Part shown: positions 25,033-38,351 of the stretch, in pieces | Layout of the letters: each line of letters begins with the position of its first letter | Numbering within the stretch: position 1 is the first letter of the stretch | NCBI RefSeq assembly: GCF_039654945.1 | Contig: NW_027361711.1 | Coordinates: forward strand, 1,240,001-1,304,000 | DNA length: 64,000 nucleotides | Reading direction: 5' to 3' | Origin: Dendrobates tinctorius | Lineage: Eukaryota | The notes under the pieces: model-generated | Database searches by the model: none | What the model was told of the DNA's origin: nothing | What the model saw: only the letters and a program-made list of their open reading frames with translations | Translations under genes and position numbers: made by a program

Positions 25033-28000
25033 CTTCTGTGTCACCTGTGGCAGCAGGATTCTTCTGTGTGAAGAAGAAAGATGGTGGTTTGTGGCCGTGC
25101 CTCGACTTTCGGGAACTTAACAAGATAATTGTTAGGAACACTTACCCGCTTCTCCTCATCCCAGACTTATGTAACCAGTTAGCTGGGGCCCAATGGTTCT
25201 CCAAGTTAGATCTCCGGGGGGCCTACAATCTGATAAGGGTTCGGGAAGGGGACGAGTGGAAAACTGCGTTCCTCACATCAGAAGGACTCTTTGAAAGCCT
25301 GGTAATGCCGTTTGGGCTAACTAATGCACCCGCCATTTTCCAGAATTTCATCAATGTTGTGTTTTCTGACCTGATAGGCTGTTTTGCTATAATTTATTTG
25401 GATGACATTTTGGTGCATTCCCCGGACAGTCAGTCTCACTTGCAACATCTACAGACAGTTCTCCAGAGACTCAGGGAGAACCAATTGTTTGCTAAATTGG
25501 AAAAATGTTCGTTTTTCGTACAGGAACTGTCTTCTTTGGGGCTGATTGTGTCCTGTGAGGGGTTTCGTATGGATCCTAAGAAGGTGCTGGCGATCGCTGA
25601 CTGGGTTCAGCCTCGAGATCTCAAGGGGCTCCAGCTCTTCTTAGGATTTGCTAACTATTATCGGAGATTCACTAAAGGTTTCTCACAAGTGGTTAAACCA
25701 CTCACGGATCTTACCCGGAAGGGGGCTGATGTAAAAAATTGGTCTGTACTCGCTAAGGAGTCCTCAGCTATTAAGAAATGTTTCATGTCCGCCCTGGTGT
25801 TGGTCCAACCAGACCCGTCCAAACCATTCATTGTGGAGGTGGATGCTTCTGAAGTGGGGGTGGGGGCTGTGCTGTCCCAGGGTCTGGCCACCCTTACTAA
25901 TCTCAAACCCTGTGCCTTCTTCTCCAAGAAGTTCAATTCAGCCGAGATAAACTATGATGTAGGCAATAGAGAACTTCTTGCGGTCAAGCTGGCATTCGAG
26001 GAATGGAGGCACTTTTTGGAAGGGGCGGCTCACCCTATCACTGTTATCACGGATCACAAAAATTTGGCATACCTTGAATCTGCTAAGAGGCTTACTCCTA
26101 GACAAGCCCGTTGGTCACTTTTTTTTTCACGATTTCAATTCTCCATTACCTTTCGGTCCAAAAATGTTAAAGCGGATGCCCTGTCCAGAAGTTTTGACCT
26201 GGTGTCTCCCCCCGAGCTGCCGTCCTCCATTCTTCCCCCAGGGGTGGAAATGGTGGGGGTCTCAACTGAGTTTGAACAAGAAATTTTAAGGGCTCAGGCC
26301 CTAGCTCCGGCAACCAGGCCAGGGGATAAATTGTTTGTTCCAGATTTATTGCGGCCTAGACTTCTGCAGGAGTTTCATGAGTCTAGGCTGAGTGCTCATC
26401 CTGGTATCACGGCCACTAGAGAGGCAGTGGCCAGGGGCTTTTGGTGGCCTTCACTGAGGTCTGATGTCAAGAAATTTATTTTTGCTTGTGGTGTGTGTGC
26501 CCGTTCCAAAAGCTTGCATAACCGGCAAGCTGGGGAACTCATACCTTTACCAGTTCCTGATAGGCCATGGACTCATCTCTCCATGGACTTTATTACCGGC
26601 CTTCCACCTTCCAGGGGCAATACCGTGATCTGGGTGGTGGTGGATAGGTTTTTGAAACAGGCCCATTTCATTCCCTTGGCAGCATTACCCTCAGCAGAAA
26701 CATTGTCAAGGTTGTTTGTGCAGCATGTGGTCCGATTGCATGGGTTACCCCTGAATGTTGTGTCTGACAGAGATGTGCAGTTTGTGGCCAAATTTTGGAG
26801 GGCATTCTGTATGAAATTGGGCATCTCACTCTCCTTCTCATCGGCATATCACCCGGAGCGTAATGGTCAGACGGAACGCACCAATCAATCCCTGGAACAA
26901 ATTCTCAGGTGTCTGATGTCATGATCCAGTTTGGAGTATGACAGTTAAAAGCACATGTAACCTTTTTGTTCCTTAAGCTGTGTGCTTGGGTTTGGTTTTG
27001 ACCCCGGTGGCCATTAGGATTATTACACAGTGGTGTCTTTTGTTCTAGTTTGCCCCTGGTGGTGGTTAGCGTTATTACATGGGAATCACTGACAGGTGTG
27101 ATTCCTCTGGCTTAGCTATAAAGGTGTGTCATGTGCTCTCACTGGTGTTGGTGATAGTGTTCATTTCCAACCATCCTTGGTGGAGAAAGGAGCTAGAGTG
27201 AGTTCCTTGCAGCACAGTCAGAGTCCTGGTGTGGAAGGAGTCAGAGGGGATTTCCTTGCAGCTCTGATAGAGCTTGGTGGCAGCTGTTCAGGAGGAAAGC
27301 TGCATTCTGGTGGTGGACTCTGTTGCTGGGAGCAAGAGCAACAGAGCAAAGCTAAGTGGTGTTTCCCTGTTTGTGCCTTTCCTTTATGTGTGTTTCAGTG
27401 CAGTGGTGGGATTAGTCTCTGCACCGGCCTTTTCACTAGAAAGGGGTAGGTGCAGGGCGAGCTAGGGTTTAAAGGTATCCAGATCGGCGCCCGGTGCGGA
27501 AGCGGCCTAGGGATCGGTAGGAGTGTAGAGACACTGACTCAGGGGAGTTCAGGAGGTCTCCACGTCCCCGTTCCCTATCGCAAGGCCCACCATTGTAATT
27601 TTTTCCCTGATGTTTCCCCTCATTATTTAAATTCGCCTGCTGGAGGTGGTGTATCTGGTTTCACGTGTATTTCTGAAATTCGCCTGCTGGAGGCGGTGTA
27701 TCCGGCTGCACGTCTTATTATTTAAATTCGCCCTACTGGAGGCGGTGTATCCAGGGTTGCGTGTGTCATATAAATTCGCCCTGCTGGAGGCGGTGTGTCC
27801 AGTCACACGTTGACCATTACATTTGACCTCCGACAGACAGGAGGATTGGTGTGATGCATTGCCGTTGGCGGAATTCGCTTTTAAACCGGGTGAGTCAGTC
27901 CACCAACATGTCCCCATTCCTGATTAATAATGCATTTATTCCTCATTTTGGGGAGTTTTCACGGGTGGATTCCGGTTGTCGAGGGGTAGAGGAGTCCGTT

Positions 28001-28546
28001 CAACGGATAAAAAACCTCTGGGCTGAAGTCCAGCGTAATATCTCTCGGGCCCAGGGGAGGTACAAATATTTTGCTGACAAAAAGAGAGCCCCGGGACACA
28101 TGTTTCAGTTAGGAGAGAAGATTTGGCTTTCCACACGTAACATCAGCTTAAAGGTACCATCAGCTAAATTGGGACCAAAGTTCATTGGTCCATACGAGAT
28201 TATGGAGATAGTAAACCCAGTGGCATATAGGTTGTGTCTCCCCGCATCCTTAAAAGTATCCAATGTGTTCCATAAATCTCTGTTGAAACCCATAGGGTCT
28301 GTCAAGGAGGACTCCGAGTCTGTTGTTCCTCCAGTGTTGGTGGAGGGTCAATTGGAGTATGAGGTCGGACATATTGTGGACTCTCGGCGGGTGCGCCGCT
28401 CCTTGCAGTACCTGGTCCACTGGAAGGGATATGGACCAGAGGATCGCTCATGGGTCCCTGCTCACTCTGTACATGCAGATCGCCTGGTTCGGACTTTCCA
28501 TGCCAAATACCCAGGGAAGCCTGGGGGTCCAGAGGCCCCCCGTTGA
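25033..28546 (+). pseudogene. pol: pol of provirus 1 (RT-RNaseH-integrase-chromodomain), split by a solo LTR
   Basis: LDLRGAY, MPFGL, YLDD, VEVDAS, HHCC, SMDFI...VSDR...GQTE, GPKFIGPY, YEVGHIVDSR...YLVHWKGY. Confidence 0.95.
26917..27821 (+). mobile_element. Solo LTR (905 bp) nested in the integrase
   Basis: TGTCATG...CATTACA, TSD TCTGA/TTTGA, integrase resumes afterwards. Four ~48-bp AAATTCGCC...CTGGAGGCGGTGT repeats. Related to 48238-50362. Confidence 0.88.
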
Positions 28547-28611
28547 GAGGGGGGTACTGTCATGTTCCCAGTGCAGGTTTTGACCTGCACGTCAGGGGTT
28601 AATGTCTGGAG

Positions 28612-28935
28612 CCTATCCTGTGTTACTGACTGCTGAGCTGTGGATCTAATTATAGCCTGTGTGATACAGTGTCCTGACCATGTATCTAATCCTATCCTGT
28701 GTGATGCTAGGATCCCCCTGGAATCCCCGTGCAGTCTGTGTCAGAGGGTGGTCTGTGTCGTCACGGTAATAAATTGTGTTATTTCAAGTTTTACAGAAGT
28801 ACGATAACACCATGGAAATGATAAGAATAATAGGCCTCAATTACCTCAACTGTCTACAAGGAAAACTGTTGCTCATAGCAACCAATCACAGTTCAGCTTC
28901 TTTTAAACAGCTCTGGTAAAATGAAAGATGCTTAG
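28612..28935 (+). repeat. 324-bp duplicate of the upstream flank 23354-23677
   Basis: Near-identical, one difference seen (GATAGATG / GAAAGATG). Confidence 0.92.
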
Positions 28936-29649
28936 TGTCATGATCCCAGTGCAGGTTTTGACCTGCATGTCAGGGGTTAATGTCTGGAGCCCAGTGAGGC
29001 TTTGACCTGCATGCCTGGGGTTAATTATGGTGGCCTCTCTTTGGTTCAGGGAGAGCTTCTTATACCCCTGAGAAACTCCAATCCCCGTCAGTTATACTCT
29101 TGCCTTTGGTCGAGTGTGTTGACCCCTGTGTGCTTGTGCCTGTTCGTTGTCTTATAGCTTGCTTATATGGTTCTGACCCAGTTCTGTCCCCCATTGTGAG
29201 TTTGCTTGTTGATTCTGTACTGCGCTACCCTCTCTGTGTATGACTTATTGGCTACGTCCTGACTATCCTTCCTGTCTAATCCTCTGGTTTTGTCGTGCTA
29301 TCTCGTGCTTTGACCCCGGCCTGATCTGTTTTCATCCCTGTCTATGCCCCTTGGTAACTTTGTCCCGTAGTTACCCTGCTAGGAGTTTTCCTGCAGCTCC
29401 TAGCTCTCTGAGGTTTAGACCACGCCCCCAGCAGTCACGTGCTTCAGGTCCTGCTATTCTGAAGTACGCCCCATCTTTTCTGCTGCTGCCCCGCTCCACA
29501 GATATCTCTGAACACAGTTTGTTTTACTCAGGACACGCGCACTGGCTCAGTGAGCAAGTTCAGTGCGGTGTTCCTGACACTTAGTGATTGGTTGCTTTGT
29601 GGAGTGGGCGTGGCTGACACACACACTCATTTTTATATATATATATATA

Positions 29650-29760
29650 TTATTATTTATTAGAGCACCATTTTTTCCATGGCGCTCTACATGTGAAAGC
29701 GATATACATAATAAAAAAATAAGTACAATAATCATGAACAATATAAGTCACCGACTGGGT
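29650..29760 (-). mobile_element. L2-type LINE/SINE 3' end
   Basis: Reverse complement TGTAGAGCGCCATGGAAAAAATGGTGCTCTAATAAATAATAAT, a stem-loop plus tail as at 47480-47549. Confidence 0.65.
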
Positions 29761-29899
29761 ATCATTATTATTTTATTTTATTTATTTTATCCCGGAATGG
29801 TTGATTAAAACTTTGATGATTCTTAATTTTTTTTAAACTGTATTTATTGAAGTTTTCGTATAAGGGGTATATAAGAAATAGATATATACTGTATGTAAG

Positions 29900-32160
29900 T
29901 ACGGTACATTCCATATGAGGGCTTGATTTTTTGAGGGACAAATTGTACTTTTGAATGACATTTTACCATTTCCTGTACTGGAAAATGGGAAAAAAATCCA
30001 GTTGCAGTGAAATTATAAAAAATAACTGCAATTCTGACGGATACTACCTGGTTTACTGTATATCATATCTATAGCAATAGCATAGAGCAAGAGCATAGCA
30101 ACAAGTATCAAGCAGTAATATATGAGATGTGAATATACGATTAGTAAGATCAAACTTGAAATGTGAGAAACTAATAATGCTTGATCATATCAGTCACATG
30201 TAGTGTTATTTCTCTTTGTTAAGCCAATAAAAAGATGTTTAAAACAAAACAAAAATAACTGCAATTCTGACATTGTTTTATTGGAATTGTTTTTACGGCA
30301 TACATTGTGTGGTAAAATTTACCTGGCAGTATGATTCTCCTTGTCATTACAATTACGGTGATACCAAACTTGTCCTATTTTTTATTACAATGGTGAAAAA
30401 ATAATCAGAAATTAGCAAAAAAAAATTTTGATTGTGATGCCATGTTCTGACACACGTAACATTTTCATGTTTTGGTCGATGAAGCTGTGTAAGGGTTTAT
30501 TTTTTGCAGGACCAGACAACCTTTTATTGATATCATTTTGGGATAGATATGACATTTTGATCGCTTCTAATAGCAATATGTTACTGTGTTGCCGTAACTG
30601 AAAAACCACAGTTTATGTTTTTAACCCATTGTGACCTAGTGATTTTCCGTGTTCATTTTTTCCTCCTCTTCTTACATGAAGGCTTGTTTTTTTTTGCGGG
30701 ACGAGATGTACTTTTGGATGACACCATTGATTTTTACCATATAGCGTACTGAAAAGAGCAAAAAAATGCTGGGGATAGCGACGGCCGTGCGCAGGCCGTC
30801 GCTGCGCCCTGAAACGCTAATGTGAAACCACCATTATTCAGCACATTCACTATATGGTAAAACTGACCTGGCAATATGATTCGGGGGCCAAAAAAATGTA
30901 TTTCTTGCCTTTTGATCTCTTTTCTCATTACGCCGCTTACTGATCTGATTTTATATATTTATATAGATTGGACATTTCTGTATGCAGTGATGACAAATAT
31001 TTGGGTTTTTATTGTTTTAGTTTCAATGTTACAAAAGAGGGGTGATTTGAACTTTTTTATTTTGTCAAAAATGTAGTTTTTACTGTTTTAATAGTTCCCG
31101 TAGGAGACTTGAAGCTGCGATAATCTGATCGCTTGTGCTATATATAGCATACTTTAGCACTGCTATGTATAGCAGAAATCACGATCTCGTATGAATGCCA
31201 ACCATGAGTCAGCATTCACAGGAGTATTATAATGACACGTATGGAGGTCTTCTGCAGACCTGGCTGTCATAACAACCCATCGGCGCCCCGCAATCACATG
31301 AAAGGGGAGCCAATGGGTGAGATTAGGATCCACTTCCTGCTGGCACATGATTGACAGCAGGACTTAACTGGTTAACAGCTCCACCTGCGGCTGTTAGAGG
31401 CACTTGATGGCTGATCGTGTCAGCCATCAAGTGTGGGGAAAGATGTAGGCGTATGAGCCCACATCAAATGCAGGGACATGACCTTTGACGTAAAAATACA
31501 TCAAAAGGTCATGAAGAGGTTAATATTTATGGTGTTTACATGATCTGGCTAAGTATTTTATCATTTGATAATTCAGGCTTTTATGGATATGGTGATACCA
31601 CATATGTGTATTTTTAAAATTGTGTTAAAATGTTTATTTTAAACATGAGAAAAGGGAGGTGATGCAAACTATTTTTTTTACACTTTTTTTTTCTTTTACT
31701 GCATTTGTCAGTAGCTTTAGAGGACTTAAACTTGTGATCATGCAATCGCTTATGCTATATACAGTATTACTGAAGTATTGCTGTACATAGCAAAAATAAT
31801 GGTCTAGTTTGTAACCCAGTCACAGGCTGGAATTCAACGTAGCTTCGTGATGACAGCCATGGAGGGCTTCAACAGACCCCCAACTGTCATAACAACAAAT
31901 CAGTGTCAGCCAATGGAAGCATAGAAAGATTTATCTCCATGCTGGTGCGCTCTTAATGCCGTTTTCAAAGATTAATAGCGGCATTTAACAGGTGAACAGT
32001 TGTGGGCGAAGCTCCATTTGACCCAAGGCTGTTAGAGGCAAATCCTGGCTGTTTGTTGTAGCCATTATCTGCTGTGTATGGGGTGGGCTCAGCCTGTGAG
32101 TACGTTCCATAAGCTTGTTTCCGACTGTGCCGAACTTGTATAAGAGACATTGGGAAGGGG
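29900..32160. mobile_element. Degraded piggyBac-like non-autonomous fragments (two right ends)
   Basis: Ends AAGAGG-TTAA (31514-31523) and AAGGGG-TTAA (32155-32164), with mutually similar subterminal blocks. Confidence 0.55.
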
Positions 32161-32859
32161 TTAATGGAAACTTGTCAAACGTTTCACAAAGTTCAAACAT
32201 CAGACAATGTGAAACACATATGGGCTCCTCAGAAACAGAAAACTCTGAAATGTCAGAGAAAAAAATAGTTTGGAATATGAGCAGAACACAGAGAGTAGTG
32301 ATGGGCGAGCACTAAAATGCTCGGGTGCTCGTTGCTCGGGTCGAGCACATTGGAATGCTTGGGTGCTCGACCCAAGCAACGAGCCCAATGTAAGTCTATG
32401 GGAAACTCGAGCATTTTTCCAGCAGCCACCATCCCCGGCAGTCTGCAGAGGGACTAGAAATTGTGGAAATCAATGGGTACAGTGCTCAAATGACATGTGA
32501 GCAGCATGGGGAAGATGACTGGTAGCATTTCTGACTCCCGGGTCACTGCTGATGTTGTCAGAGTCTAACACCACTTTTAGAGAATCACAATAAAACATAT
32601 AAAAACTAAACCAAAATAGATTTTCCTGGAAATTTGTTAAGGAACATCCTTTCCAGGGTAATGACTTGTATATAAGGCAAAATAAATAACCAAAAACTAA
32701 AATGCTGCTCCACACCTTGGGCTATGTTCACACATAGCGGTTTTGATACATTTTTGAACTTTAGCATTGCTTTCAACCAAGACAAATGCATTCACTGGGA
32801 AATGTCATTTTAACATTTTACAACCTGATCTGGCCATGTGGTGTGTGACACATCATCAG

Positions 32860-35800
32860 TGTCATGATCCAGGACGGGGTTTCGCTTTGGCCCGTCCTGG
32901 TCTGACTGGGGGTTAATTGTTCCGCCTCTCCCTGGCAGAGGGCAGCTATTTAATGCTCACTGGACCTAGGTCCGGTGTCAGTTATACTCCTGCCCTCGGC
33001 TGAGTTAGTTGACCTTGTGCATACGTGTGCCTTGTGCCTGATATCTTGTTTGCTTGTTTGGTTTTGATCCGGTTCTGTCCCTGTTACGAGTTCTGCCTGT
33101 CCCTCTTGTACTGCGCAACCTCTCGTGTATGACTCTCTGCTTGTGACCCGACTTCTCTCTGCTCGTCCCCTTGGTACCACGTCGCCCTCTTGTGTATGAC
33201 CTTTGGCTTTGTCTGACCTCTCGTCTGTTTATCCCTCCTGTACCTCACTGTCCGTACTGTGCATGAACTCCGTTTTGCCTGACTCTGAGTTTTCTGTCTT
33301 CTCTGAAAGCAGGACGCTAAGCCCCACCCCCTTGCAGTCATGTGATCGTTGGTCCCGTGCCGGCTTGCTAAACTTCATCACTCAGGTCCTGTGCACCTAT
33401 ACTTTCTGGCTGTCCTGATCCCCAGGGGTCCCTACAGTGCGGGTGAGTCCCTGCTCAGCGGAGGCTGTACGCCGGCGCTGTCAGGATCCTGATATTATAA
33501 CTGACCGATACCATTTTTTTTTTCTCTCTGCTCCCCTTCTTCTGTGTATGTGATGGATCCTATGCAAGCTCTTTCTGAGCAGGTTAAACACCTGACCCAG
33601 ATGTCTCAGAAACTCCTTGGAGAACAACGAGTCCTGGCTCAGTCTCAGCAGCTGATCGCTGACACTGTGCAGGGGGTTTTTTCATCGGGGGCTCGGGATA
33701 TTACATTAGTTTCACCTGAGTCTCCAGTGAAGTTACCGGATACCTTTACTGGAGATAAAAAAGAGTTCAGAGTTTTCAAGGAGGGCTGTAAGCTTTTTTT
33801 TTCCTTAAGACCACACTCTTCTGGGGATGAAAGTCAGAGAGTGGGGGTCATTATGTCTCTGTTAAGGGGAGTCCTCCAAGCTTGGACTTTCTCCCTTCCG
33901 ACCACGGCCCCATAGTGTATGACGGTAGATGCATTTTTTGAGGCCCTGGGGCATATTTATGATGAGCCTGATCGTATGCATATGACTGAGGACATGGTGA
34001 TGAGTGTGTGCAAGGGGAAGCATTCAGCCGAGTGGTTTTGCTCAGAGTTCAGACGCTGGGCTGCTGAGGTCTGCTGGAATGATGCCGCCCTCCGGGGTTT
34101 GTTCCGTAGAGGTCTGTCTGAACATCTAAACGATGCTTTGGCTCTCCACCCTCCGCCTGATTCCCTGGAGGAGGCTATGACACAGGCCATCCGAACAGAT
34201 CACAGGCTATGGGCGAGGGGAGTGATGCAAAGTGAAAGACTGCTATTCTCTCAAGGAAGGGGAGCCAGTCCTATATTGGAGATCATGGAGATGGGAACCA
34301 TCGACCTCAAAGAAAATGAAAGGAGACAACGGCGCATAGGAAAAGGCTGTTTTCACTGTGGCGATTCTGGACATTGGAGAAAGGTTTGCCCCTCCCATCC
34401 ACTAACCAAGCGACTGAGCCCGGGTGATTGTCGTGGAGGTCACCCAGGCTCTCAGGTACCTTTTTCTGCCTTCTCTAAAATGTTGTTGCAAGTGGAACTT
34501 TGTTGTGGGAGTGTCTCCACATCCTCTTCTGCCTTCGTGGATTGCGGATCAGCATTGAACTTTATTGACTCTGATTTGGTATCCAGGTGTAATTTAGGGA
34601 CAGGTAGGTTGGAGACTCCTATTCACATTGTGGCCATTGACAAAACACTACTGGTAAAGAATGACATTATGTTTCGTACTGAAGAGTTTCTCCTTAAAGT
34701 GAGTTCCTTGCACCAGGAACGTATTTCATGTTTTGTGATGGACAACCTGCCAGCGGGACTGGTGTTGGGGTTCCCCTGGCTACAATTGCATAATCCTGTA
34801 ATTAATTGGGAATGTCGGGCCATTGCTAAATGGGGTCCCTATTGTTCTGAGAAATGTCTTGATACTGTGTCTGTGTCGTCCGTGGGTCTGGAAGGTATTC
34901 CGGAGTGCCTGATAGACTATACAGACGTTTTCTCCCAAAAAGAGGCTGAGGTTTTACCACCATACCGCCCATTTGATTGTGCCATTGACCTGGTTCCAGG
35001 TTCTAAATTGCCCAAGGCCCGCTTGTATAACCTTTCGGGTCCTGAACGGGCTGCGATGAAGGAGTATATTTCCGAGAGCCTCCGTAAGGGACACATTCGT
35101 CCTTCTGTTTCTCCTGTGGCGGCGGGGTTCTTTTTTGTAAAGAATAAAGACGGTGGTTTACGCCCATGCCTCGATTTTCGTGAGTTAAATAAGATAACTG
35201 TGAGGAATATGTATCCCCTTCCACTTATTCCTGATTTATACAACCAATTGTCCGGAGCTAAGTGGTTTTCAAAATTAGATCTACGGGGAGCGTAAAACCT
35301 TATCCGAGTCCGAGACTGAGATGAATGGAAAACCGCTTTTCTCACTACTGAAGGGTTGTTTGAAAATCTGGTCATGCCTTTCGGCTTGACCAATGCTCCA
35401 GCTGTCTTCCAAAACTTCATAAATCACGTGTTCTCTGATTTTATTGGACGTTTTTTGGTGGTATATTTGGATGACATATTGATCTATTCTCCTGATAAAT
35501 AGACTCACATTGGTCATGTTCGGGCAGTTCTCCAAAGACTCCAGGAGAACTGTCTCTTTGCTAAACTGGAAAAATGTTTGTTTTTTGTTCAGGAACTGTC
35601 GTTTCTGGGGTTCATTGTGTCTGCTGAAGGGTATCGCATGGATCCTAATACGGTGCAGGCCATTGTCGAGTGGGTTCAACCTTGTGATTTGAAGGCTCTG
35701 CAGCGTTTCCTAGGATTCGCCAATTACTATCGCAAATTTATAAAGGGGTTCTCACAGGTGATTAAACCCCTCACAGACATGACTCAAAAGGGGCCGATAT

Positions 35801-38351
35801 CAAGAATTGGTCAACCGCAGCGGTAGCGGCATTTCAGTTTTTGAAAACATGTTTCATGTCGGCCCCGGTTCTTGTTCAACCGGACCCGTCGGAACCATTT
35901 ATTGTTGAGGTAGATGCCTCAGAGGTGGGGGTGGGGGCGGTATTGTCCCAGGGACTCGCCACTTTGACCAATTTAAGACCTTGCGCCTTTTTCTCAAAGA
36001 AATTCTCTCCTGCGGAGAGAAATTATGATGTGGGAAATAGAGAACTTCTGGTCTTTAAGTTGGCCTTTGAAGAATGGAGGCATTTTTTGGAGGAGGCTGT
36101 CCATCCTATAACCGTAATTACGGATCACAAAAACCTAGCTTATATTGAGTCAGCTAAGAGGTTGACTCCTAGACAGGCTAGATGGTCACTTTTTTTCCCG
36201 ATTCAACTTCTCGATCACTTTTCGGCCAGGGTCCAAAAATGTCACAGCAGATGCTTTGTCACGCAGCTTAGATCCGGTGTGTCCCCCGGAACCTCCATCC
36301 TCCATTCTTCAGCCTGGGGTGGTGGTGGCAGGTATTTCGAATATGTTGGAACGAGAGATTTGGGAAGCCCAGTCTCTTGCACCGCCGGCTAAGCCAGTGG
36401 ACAAACTTTTTGTGCCAGCTCAGCTTCGCCTTAAGGTCCTCCGGGAGTTCCATGACTCAGTTCTGGGTGGACATCCAGGGATCTCGGCTACCCGGAAGGC
36501 CTTTGCTAGAATATTCTGGTGGTCTTCTTTAGCCTCTGATGTTGGGGAATATGTGTCTGCGTGTGATGCTTGTGCCCGTGCAAAAACCCCCCATAACCGG
36601 CTGGCCAGGGAATTGGTACCACTGCCAATTCCTGAGAGACCATGGACGCATTTGTCCATGGATTTCATCACCAACCTTCCCACCTCCAAGGGTAATACCG
36701 TCGTCTGGGTTGTGGTGGACAGGTTTAGTAAGCAGGCACATTTTGTACCTTTGGCAGCTCTACCTAATGCGGAAACATTGTCCAGATTGTTTGTTGAGCA
36801 TGTGGTGCGGTTGCATGGGGTACCCTTGAATGTGGTGTCTGATAGAGGAGTGCAATTTGTTTCCAGATTTTGGAGGGCTTTTTTTTAAAAGGGTATTGGT
36901 CTGTCCTTTTCATCCGCTTATCATCCAGAGACTAATGGGCAGACCGAGCGGACCAATCAGTCGCTGGAGCAAATTCTGCGTTGCTTGACCTCAGTCCGAC
37001 AAGATGATTGGTGTTCTGTGTTACTGGTGGCTGAGTTTGCATTTAACAACCGCGTTGACCAGTCTACGGGTACATCTCCCTTTTTCTGCAATTATGGGTT
37101 TCATCCTCATTTTGGAGAATTTTCCCATTTGAATTCTGGGTGTCCTGGGGCGGATGAGACGATCCAGCGGTTGGGGGAGGTATGGCGAGAGGTCCAGAGT
37201 AACATTACGAAGGCCCAGGACAAATTTAAATTTTTTGCGGACAAAAAAGATCCGCGGAACCGGTGTTTCAGATTGGGGATAAGGTATGGTTGTCCACCAA
37301 GAATATAAGACTCAAGGTCCCCTCTGCGAAGCTTGGACCCAAGTTTATCAGTCCTTATGAAATTACCGAGGCAGTTAACCCGGTGGCTTTTCGGTTGCGT
37401 CTCCCGGCGTCTCTGCGGATCCCAAATGTTTTTCATAAGGCCCTTTTGAAACCTGTGAGGTCTGCTGGGGAGGGATCATCAGCTTCCCCAACACCGATTT
37501 TGGTAGACGGGCAGTCGGAGTACGAGGTGGAACGAATTGTCGACTCCAGGTTGGTCCGTCGTGCCCTTCAATATTTGGTACATTGGAAAGGCTACGGTCC
37601 TGAAGAACGCTCGTGGGTTCCTGCTCGATCGGTTCATGCGGATCGGTTGGTCCGGGCCTTTCACGCCAAGTACCCTGAGAGACCTGGGGGTCCAGTGGCC
37701 CCCCATTGAGAGGAGGGTACTGTCATGATCCAGGATGGGGTTTCACTTTGGCTCATCCTGGTCTGACTGGGGGTTAATTGTTCTGCCTCTCCCTGGCAGA
37801 GGGCGGCTATTTAATGCTCACTGGACCTAGGTCTGGTGTCAGTTATACTCCTGCCCTCGGCTGAGTTAGTTGACCTTGTGCGTATGTGTGCCTTGTGCCT
37901 GATATCTTGCTTGTTTGGTTTTGATCCGGTTCTGTCCCTGTTACGAGTTCTGCCTGTCCCTCTTGTACTGCGCTACCTCTCGTGTATGACTCTCTACTTG
38001 TGACCCGACTTCTCTCTGCTCATCCCCTTGGTACCACGTCGCCATCTTGTGTATGACCTTTGGCTTTGTCTGACCTCCCGTCTGTTTATCCCTCCTGTAC
38101 CTCGCTGTCCGTACTGTGTGTGAACTCCGTTTTGCCTGACTCTGAGTTTTCTGTCTTCTCTGAAAGCAGCACACTAAGCCCCGCCCCCTTGCAGTCACGT
38201 GACTGTAGGTCCCGTTCCGGCTTGCTAAACTTTATCACTCAGGTCCTGTGCACCTATACTTTCTGGCTGTCCTGATCCCCAGGGTTCCCTACAGTGCGGG
38301 TGAGTCCCTGCTCAGCGGAGGCTGTACGCCGGCGCTGTCAGGATCCTGATA
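32860..38351 (+). mobile_element. Chromoviral Gypsy provirus 2, full length
   Basis: LTRs 32860-33494 and 37721-38351, TSD ATCAG, PPT GAGAGGAGGGTAC. Confidence 0.97.
33544..37709 (+). pseudogene. pol: gag-pol of provirus 2 with stops and frameshifts
   Basis: Knuckle CFHCGDSGHWRKVC, protease AFVDCGS, RT, RNase H, integrase, chromodomain YEVERIVDSR...WKGY. Confidence 0.95.

Larger units (their letters stand above)
23678..29579 (+). mobile_element. Chromoviral Gypsy (Tf1/sushi-like) provirus 1, rearranged
   Basis: 5' LTR 23678-24317, PPT ~28544-28557, LTR stub 28558-28613, full LTR 28936-29579, TSD CTTAG. Confidence 0.95.
22800..29650 (-). mobile_element. Non-autonomous Helitron hosting the chromovirus insertion
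   Basis: Minus-strand 3' end is a decayed GC hairpin plus CTAG-T at 22800. It carries a helicase remnant. The putative 5' end is (TA)n-AAAATGAGTG near 29650 (approximate). Confidence 0.72.
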
